A DNA stretch of 53,187 bases, filler included, from Trypethelium eluteriae (Eukaryota): assembly GCA_051942245.1 (NCBI GenBank). It is 2 parts of 2 records of this genome, joined end to end, with 100 filler letters (N's around TTAATTAATTAA, not from the genome) between each part and the next. Parts side by side here need not be neighbours in the genome. Positions count along the whole stretch, not along the records: positions 26,650 to 53,187 come from JAVECL010000351.1; 1 more part is not named here. The stretch is one strand, 5' to 3'. Below the pieces are notes generated by a model. That model made no database searches, had not been told where the DNA came from, and saw nothing but the letters and a program-made list of their open reading frames with translations. Position numbers and translations under genes: made by a program. This document shows, in pieces, positions 46,165 to 53,187 of the stretch (position 1 is its first letter; the number at the start of each line of letters is the position of its first letter).

Positions 46165-47340
46165 ATGAGTAGCCTCGAGACCACACCAAAGGGAGCTGTG
46201 AGTCCACGAAACTCGGGTGTCCCCCTCCTCCAACGGGACTCTTCAGAAACCCCCAAAGCAGCTGGACTGACCTCACAAGACACCGACGATAATCATCAGG
46301 ACGAGAGCGTCAACTCACCGGCTAAGCTAAGCAAGAGGAGGCTGTTTGGCCTGGGCAAGAAGAAAGACGAGCGCATCGCTCGAAGGGACAATCAGTCGTC
46401 GTCCACGGAAGCGACGCCATCCGCTTCTTCCACCACTGTGAAGCCGACATCGACCTCCATGGCAGCTGTATCGAATGCCACGAGGGATTCCGAGTCCCCA
46501 CAACGCCAACAGCGACAGAGCATCCAAGTCGCAACCTCACCACATCGCCGTATGCGATCTAGTTCCCCTAGAATGCACTCGCCTGCATCTTCTCAAATCT
46601 TCGAGCGCGACGTCCAAGAGACGGCTTCTTTGGCGGGCGATCTCTCCCCGAATATTCCGTCTCACATTACAACAGAAAATCATATTCCGCCTGTCTTGGA
46701 AGCGTCCTCGATAGCGATTACAGACGATCACTTGGATCCAGACAGTGTGGAAATCCTTACACACTCCGTGCATCAACCTGCTGCCCTTACCGTGACAGGT
46801 GGTGCATCTGAAATAGGGGCATCTCCCCCCTCGCAAGAAGACGTGCTATCGCAAGCAATGACATCGCACCATGAATTTGCAGACGACGGAGCTTCCAACT
46901 ATGGCGTAGCCTACGACAATAGCGACCCACGCCGCCTGAGCTTTATCTCATTCGCCGACGTCGTTCAGGCAGAACATGTGGGAGGAAGCCGCGACTCGGT
47001 GCATCTGATGAGCCAGTCTTCCACAGCGCCATCTGTGTCTGCGAATCGCTCACCCTCGCCCATTCGGTCTCCAGTGTCTGGGTTGGGAACCTCGCCTCCA
47101 ACGAGCGGTGCAGCATCGGTCAAAGGTCTAGAGACATCCCCATCGCGGGGAATGGGCATCCAAATGGCTGGCAGTCCGACAAGCGCCTCGAGCCCGCCGA
47201 ACTTTGGTGGGGAACTCATGGTGGAGACAATGCGGCAGGCCCTGGACAAGACGGGTAGTGGAGACATGACGGGCAGCAAGCCCCTGAGCGCCGTGAGCGC
47301 AGACGATGCTCCGCCTTCCGAGCAACACCCTTTCAAGTAG
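46165..47340 (+). CDS. Ser/Pro-rich fungal hypothetical protein (~391 aa)
   Basis: ATG in CGCCATG context. Blocks SPASSQIFERDVQE, IPSHITTENHIPPVLEASSIAITD, RRLSFISFADVVQAEH and ETMRQAL look like those of a conserved Pezizomycotina protein. Confidence 0.8.
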   Translation: MSSLETTPKGAVSPRNSGVPLLQRDSSETPKAAGLTSQDTDDNHQDESVNSPAKLSKRRLFGLGKKKDERIARRDNQSSSTEATPSASSTTVKPTSTSMAAVSNATRDSESPQRQQRQSIQVATSPHRRMRSSSPRMHSPASSQIFERDVQETASLAGDLSPNIPSHITTENHIPPVLEASSIAITDDHLDPDSVEILTHSVHQPAALTVTGGASEIGASPPSQEDVLSQAMTSHHEFADDGASNYGVAYDNSDPRRLSFISFADVVQAEHVGGSRDSVHLMSQSSTAPSVSANRSPSPIRSPVSGLGTSPPTSGAASVKGLETSPSRGMGIQMAGSPTSASSPPNFGGELMVETMRQALDKTGSGDMTGSKPLSAVSADDAPPSEQHPFK

Positions 47341-48579
47341 CCCGCGCTCACCTCTCCATGACTACCAGCCGCTTGCTGCACCTACGGAATGCGCGTTTCA
47401 GGACTGCATCGAACCCCACAATATCAGGACTGTTTTAGCAGCTCTCTGACTTTATTTTCTTCCTTCTCTACTTTATTCTGCTGATCACCATCCGCCACTC
47501 ATGTGCTGTCTGTCGATCTCAGACACTTGTCTAGCTGATTTTGTGATTTTGGTCGGCGTTCTCCGAGATACCTCTTCTGGCTTTTTGGGGTTCGATTGCA
47601 CTTAACCCTGTATGCTCTCTGGTAGCACGCTTTTTGCTTGCGCTCTGATTTTGGCTTTCCCCTTGGCTTGGATCTTTTGGGATTAAACGGATGAAATGAG
47701 GATATGCCTGATTTTGGACACTGCGATTTCCCAGTTCGATGTCAATAAAATATACCTCAGCCTGTATAAACTGGAGGGAGGAGCTCTTTAAAGATAACTG
47801 TCAAGTTGGATCGTTTTTCTCTTTAACCAGATTGCGTGCAGACACTGTGCAGCGTGAGCTCACTCGAAGCTCCCGCTCGACCGTAGCTCCTGCATCATCG
47901 TTTCATTATTATATGTAGGGCAGTATAGACCATATGCGAGTGCCCACTCTCTAGCAATTCAAGACTAGCTCGGCTGAATCCAGACATTCCGAGACAATGC
48001 AGGAACCAACACTGGCCAGCCCTTTCCACCCAACGCTACCAGTTCCTTCGATCTGGTTGATCTTCAAGCAGTCTGTCCTTCCTCTTTCCAGCTCCTCGAA
48101 GATTCGACCTGACACGGCAAGAGACATCTGACATGTTGCATTGGAGCTAGCGCCCACCAAGACCCTGTCTCTTCTGCGCGGGATCGTGCCTGCACAGACT
48201 GGTATGCGCCGCTACCACACTGCATCTCAGTAACTTTTGTTACCCCTTCTTGCCCTCTTGCCCTCTTGCCCTTACCCAATCGTGCCCGGACACAGAAATT
48301 GCCCAAGTCTTGGCAAGCAGACGAGAGTGGGTGCATGCTGTCGTCGAATCCTGTCCTTTAGCCTTCCCGTCTTCCCAAGATTGTGCCCCACTATCGCGAG
48401 CCAAATGCGGAAACCTGCGACAAAGCGTGGCGACCCTTCTACCATATACGCCAACATCGTCGGCAGCTGCACCCCAATTGGTCGCACCGGCTTCTGGGCG
48501 ATCGGATCACGCCGTGACAAGCCAGTGAAAGTGGCTCGAGGGAGGGGTTGTTGCGGATAGGTGGGAAACGGAAGCTGCC

Positions 48580-51500
48580 ATGGAGCAGCCTCGTTCTCCC
48601 AGGCGGCGGAAGGACATTACAACCTACGGCGTGTCTCCGAACCGGACAGAAGCTGGCGACAATGCTTGGTCTCGAATTCGGAGTGGTTCTTACCAAACCC
48701 GAGAGACCTCCATCCGACCCGTTACTCCCGACGACACCCCAGAGGAAGAAGCTGCGATACAGTCTAGCCTGGAAGAGACGTTGGTTGGCACTCCCCCAGG
48801 CATATCTCCCGCGACGAGTGCGCATGCAAGTCCTAGAACACGACCGAGAGGCTTGATGCAAAGAACAGAATCCTCGGATGAGACAAAGATGGCACACAGC
48901 GGAAGAATACCTAGGGACGCGCAGACACGGCCAAGAACAAGAACACTGGGAGAGAGGCCTCGAGAGGCGTCTCCGCCATCGCTGTTCTTCAGTCATCGCA
49001 ACCGTATAGGTTCTGTACATACAATGGAGAATGGGACGATCACTGCCGTGGGCGCCAATGGAGACCCCATCACGTCCATAGGTCATATATCAACAATACC
49101 CGGATCTTCTCACAACTCCTCCATGTCCTCGCAACGCTCAGCAAGAGCACCGGCACAGAGTGCTCCTCCGCAGCCGGATCCGCTCTCGACGCCTCCGGCA
49201 ACCGGGAACAACGCAAAGAAAATGTTGGGGCTGATGAAATCAACATGTGGGAGGATGCAGGGCATATTGGCATTCAGAAGAGGAAGTGGAAGGTCATGGG
49301 AGCTGGGGTACTGTGCAGTGGATGAGGAGACTGGGAGCCTGGTCTATGAGCCTAAAGATGACACCAGTTATCACAAGACATTAGTACCAGACCTTCGCGG
49401 CTGCCTAGTCAAGCGATCGCATGATCAAGGCTCACAGATGCCTTACATTGAAGTGCATGTTCCAACATCAGATCTGGAGGTTCATTTGCGTCCACACACC
49501 CGCGCCGAATTTGAATCCTGGCTTGCTGCCCTACTATGCTGGCAGCCCATGCAACCCAAGGGCATACAAAATAAAATGGCAAAAGCACAACCTTCCGTCC
49601 AGCCCGAGCAGCGGACTACTCAGAATAGACGGCATTCTGACATTGCCGTTGCGAAAGATGCGCCCATAATAAAGGTCGGCAAAATGATATTTTGGGATAC
49701 CAATATTGCATACAGCAACACTGGAACGCCGAAGTCTCCCAGACCCGCTGCCTACAGAATGCAAAGTTTGGGTTCTCGTAGGTGGCGGAAAGTGTCATGC
49801 ACCCTACGAGAAAATGGGGAGCTCAAGCTCTTCTCTGAAATGGATATGATGGTGGTCTCACTCGTGCAGCTCTCCCAGCTATCACGTTGTGCAATCCAGC
49901 GCCTAGACCCTTCCGTCTTGGATAACGAGTTCTGCATTGCGATATATCCACAATACACTTCTTCCACAACTAATGTCTTCCTCCTGCGCCCTATCTTCAT
50001 TTCCCTGGAATCACGAATACTATACGAGGTTTGGATCGTTTTGCTGCGGGCTTTCACTATCCCGCAGCTGTATGGGCCGAAGCAACTTCCTGCAGAGGGC
50101 GACGTGTCATCCGCGGAAGACATACAGAAGGCTATGCACACACCGTCTCGGGATATGTTTCGCATGGAAAGGTCACTTTTGCTTAAAGTAATCGAAGCTA
50201 AATTGACCATAACTCCTGACATACAACCGAAGAAGAACCCCATGGGAAGAGACCGGCGGGGCACAGATCCTACAGAGAGCTCGAGCGGCTTCTATGTTGA
50301 AGTGCTGCTTGACGGAGAAGTACGTGCCAAGACTATGACCAAATTCGAAGGAAGCATGCCGTTCTGGAGAGAGGAATTCGAGTTCTTGGATCTGCCAGCC
50401 GTTTTATCCAGCGCCTCGATGCTTCTCAAGCGACGTACTTCCGACCACACGCTTGGTGATCGAGAGCGCGCCGACTCCCATCGCTTAGTCCAACAAGCTT
50501 ATGGCTTCTCTGAGGGTGCTGGAGGAGGCTATTCCGGCATCACCTTTGACCAAACTATTGGTAATGTCGACATCTACCTGGAAGAGCTCGACTCGAGGAA
50601 GGAGACTGAGAAGTGGTGGCCGATCACAAATTCCTTCAGCCAGCCAATCGGCGAGATCTTGGTCAAGGCGCGGGCGGAAGAGAGCGTCATACTCATGTCC
50701 AAGGATTATCAGCCCATGTCGGACCTGCTACATCGTTTCGAAAACGGGCTCACTCTCCAAATTTGGCAGAGGATTCCTGGGGAGTTGGCGAAGACATCCG
50801 AGTACTTGCTCAATATCTTTCAGGTTTCCGGACAGGCGGCTGATTGGTTCATGTCCTTGGTGGAAGAAGAGATTGATAGCATCCACAGAGAGAATCCCAT
50901 TCGACCAAAAGAGCGGGCGAGGAGAAGGGTGGATTCCAACGATTCGGGCGACTCTGGCACTGGCTTTACGACTGCGGAGCGGGAAGTGCTTGTCCGGGAT
51001 TTTGGCAATAAAGCCACTCAGGAGGCGAACCTACTGTTTCGAGCCAATACTTTGTTGACAAAGGCGCTGGAGATTCACATGCGTCGGCTGGGAAAAGAGT
51101 ATTTGGAAGATACGCTGACGGAGAAGATCAAGGAGATCAATGACACGGATGCTGATTGCGAGGTTGATCCTAATCGGATAGGAAATCCGCAGGATCTCGA
51201 ACGGAACTGGCGCAAGTTGATCAATGTGACAAAGGGGATCTGGAGTGCAATCTATAATTCGTCGAACCGATGTCCACTGGAACTGAAGGCTGTATTTCGA
51301 CACATCCGAGCCTGTGCTGAAGATCGATACGGTGACTTTCTGCGTAGTGTGCGCTACAGTAGTGTCTCCGGCTTTGTGTTCTTGCGATTCTTCTGTCCGG
51401 CTGTGCTAAATCCCAAGTTATTTTCCCTTCTCAAGGGTGAGCTCATGATCTGTAGCTGTCTTGCAATTTCCTTGACTAATTTTGCTAGATCATCCTCGTC

Positions 51501-53187
51501 TACGCGCTCGTCGTACATTGACGCTCGTCGCCAAGTCACTCCAAGGTCTTGCCAACATGACCACATTTGGCTCGAAAGAGACATGGATGGAACCCATGAA
51601 CCAGTTCCTCTCCGCTCACCGAGAAGAATTCAAATCCTTTATCGACAACGTTTGCACACTTTCAGGAGCGTACAGTCGGTCACCTTCTGCTGCTGGAGTT
51701 CCTCCTCCTCCACCGGCCTACTCAACTCCCTTGCAGATCCTCAACAGACTTCCGCCTACAAGTCGAGAAGGCTTCCCAAGCCTGCCATATCTGATCGACA
51801 ATGCACGGAATTTTGCAGCATTGATACAGCTCTGGCTCAGTGCGTATGGAAAAGATACTCATGACATCAAAAGCGAAGATGGCGAGATTATGAAGTTCCA
51901 CGAAATGTGTATTGAGCTCGACCAACGCACACGACAGTGTCTCGAACGAGCGGAGCGAGCCGAACATCCCACAAGCGACAATAGTTCCCAATGGCAGGAG
52001 CTCGTTGAGTCCCTTGAGAATGTCCAGTTAGGTTCTGACAGCATGGCCGAGCGTCGCAAAAGCAGCGTGGCAACTGCCACACAAGAAGAAGGTACACCCC
52101 GTGTCAGGTCATTCATCAATAAAGGCAGCGCTGGCCCGCTTGCAGCCCGAGGTTCCGCTTCCGCATCCTCTGCCTCTCTCGCAGATTCTACCGACCAGCA
52201 GAACAGTGCTGGACTGGAGAAACGCTTTAGCAACGGCATACTTCCCAACAGCAGTAACAACGGCAATGGCACTGACAGCAACCTTAGCAGTCCTGTCACC
52301 CCGCACAGCGCCGGCGGCGCCCGTCGCCCTCAAACCTTCTTCCCACCCCCGCCCATTTCCACAAGCAGCTCCGCCTCGGCATCTGCCACCACCTCAGCCC
52401 GTCCAAGCCCAACCTCTTACCTCGACTCTCAGGATAGCAGTGATGGCGGCGGTGGACCGCCCGTCCCGTCCGTCTCCACCGCGCCTACGACAACGACGCC
52501 TGCATTGGCGAACCCCCGGCATCGTGCTCGTCCATCGGCGCAACATGGGACGCCAGGCAATCCGAGCAACGCCTCAAACTTTGCCGGTCAGAGTGCCCCC
52601 AAGGAATCTCCAGGAAGCCCAACTGCGATTCCGCAGCGAGGCAGTAGCATCGGCGTCCGACATAAAAAGAGTCGCGACCTAAGTAACAGCCAGAGTCGAG
52701 GGTCCAACGCCGTTCTTCCTCCTCCTCCTACGCAACAGCCGCATTCCCCTCCGCAGTCGCAACCCCAGAACCACGTAGCCTCGAGTCAGGCTCTGCACAA
52801 CTCCAGCGCGCCCTCTCAGACACATCCCTCAAGCCAGTCCGCTCTGAACATGGGCGCAAGTGGAGCTGCCCTGTACCTCCACACGAACGCGAACCTCAGC
52901 AGCACTTTCTCTGACGGTGATGATGCTGCACCCACCGCGCTGCCAGAGTATACGCCTGAGCGCGCAGACCGCGAGCGAGGGCCTGGCTGGGAGCGGCGGG
53001 TGGGGAGCGGAGGTGGTGGGAAGTCGAAGCTCAAGAAGGGGCCTTCCAGAGACACCGGTTCTGGCTCTGGTCCTGCCTCGAATTTGGCTGGTGCGGGGAG
53101 TGGAGCTGCTGGAGGAGGTGCTGTCTTGGGAGCACTGGGCCCAGGAGGTGGGGTAGGGATTGCTGGTTTCGGCGCTGAGACTAGAGG
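48580..53187 (+). CDS. bud2: Ras GTPase-activating protein, Bud2/Cla2-like (PH-like, C2, RasGAP); intron 51437-51488; 3' end beyond the window
   Basis: C2 motif YVEVLLDGEVRAKT...PFWREEFEF, arginine finger LLFRANTLLTK, and GAP signature GFVFLRFFCPAVLNPKLF. After splicing the frame continues DHPRLRARRTLTLVAKSLQGLAN and stays open to the window end. Confidence 0.92.

Noticed and set aside
51437..51864. C-terminus of the 1094-aa RasGAP ORF as given in the track
   Set aside because: This is read-through of intron 51437-51488; the GAP domain continues in another frame to the window end.

Overview
Genomic DNA of a filamentous ascomycete (Pezizomycotina), with short GT-AG introns and CTRAC branch sites. 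An artificial N-gap linker lies at 26550-26649. Left of the gap are conserved ndk1 and glucosidase II alpha genes (head-to-head), then an accessory-looking stretch: an ASCH gene, a TA-flanked MITE, a valyl-tRNA synthetase with an in-frame TAG at a conserved Trp, a HET-domain gene, transposase relics, a cysteine-peptidase-like fusion gene with a bacterial-looking repeat, a GH105/GH88 hydrolase with two GC-AG introns, a kinase relic, a tRNA-Lys(CUU), a PTH11-like receptor, a decayed ustYa/DUF3328 gene and a hairpin element with 90-bp arms. Right of the gap are a Zn2Cys6 factor, a ~7 kb ORF-poor region holding a spliced 21-codon micro-ORF, a P450, an MFS transporter, two hypothetical genes and a Bud2-like RasGAP that runs off the end. 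The most striking observation is that the tRNA-Lys(CUU) gene is interrupted in its D-stem by a 51-nt insert with every hallmark of a spliceosomal (mRNA-type) intron (GTGAGT...TACTAAC...TAG). Its precise removal restores a canonical 73-nt cloverleaf. All family assignments come from recognising motifs by eye; no searches were run.
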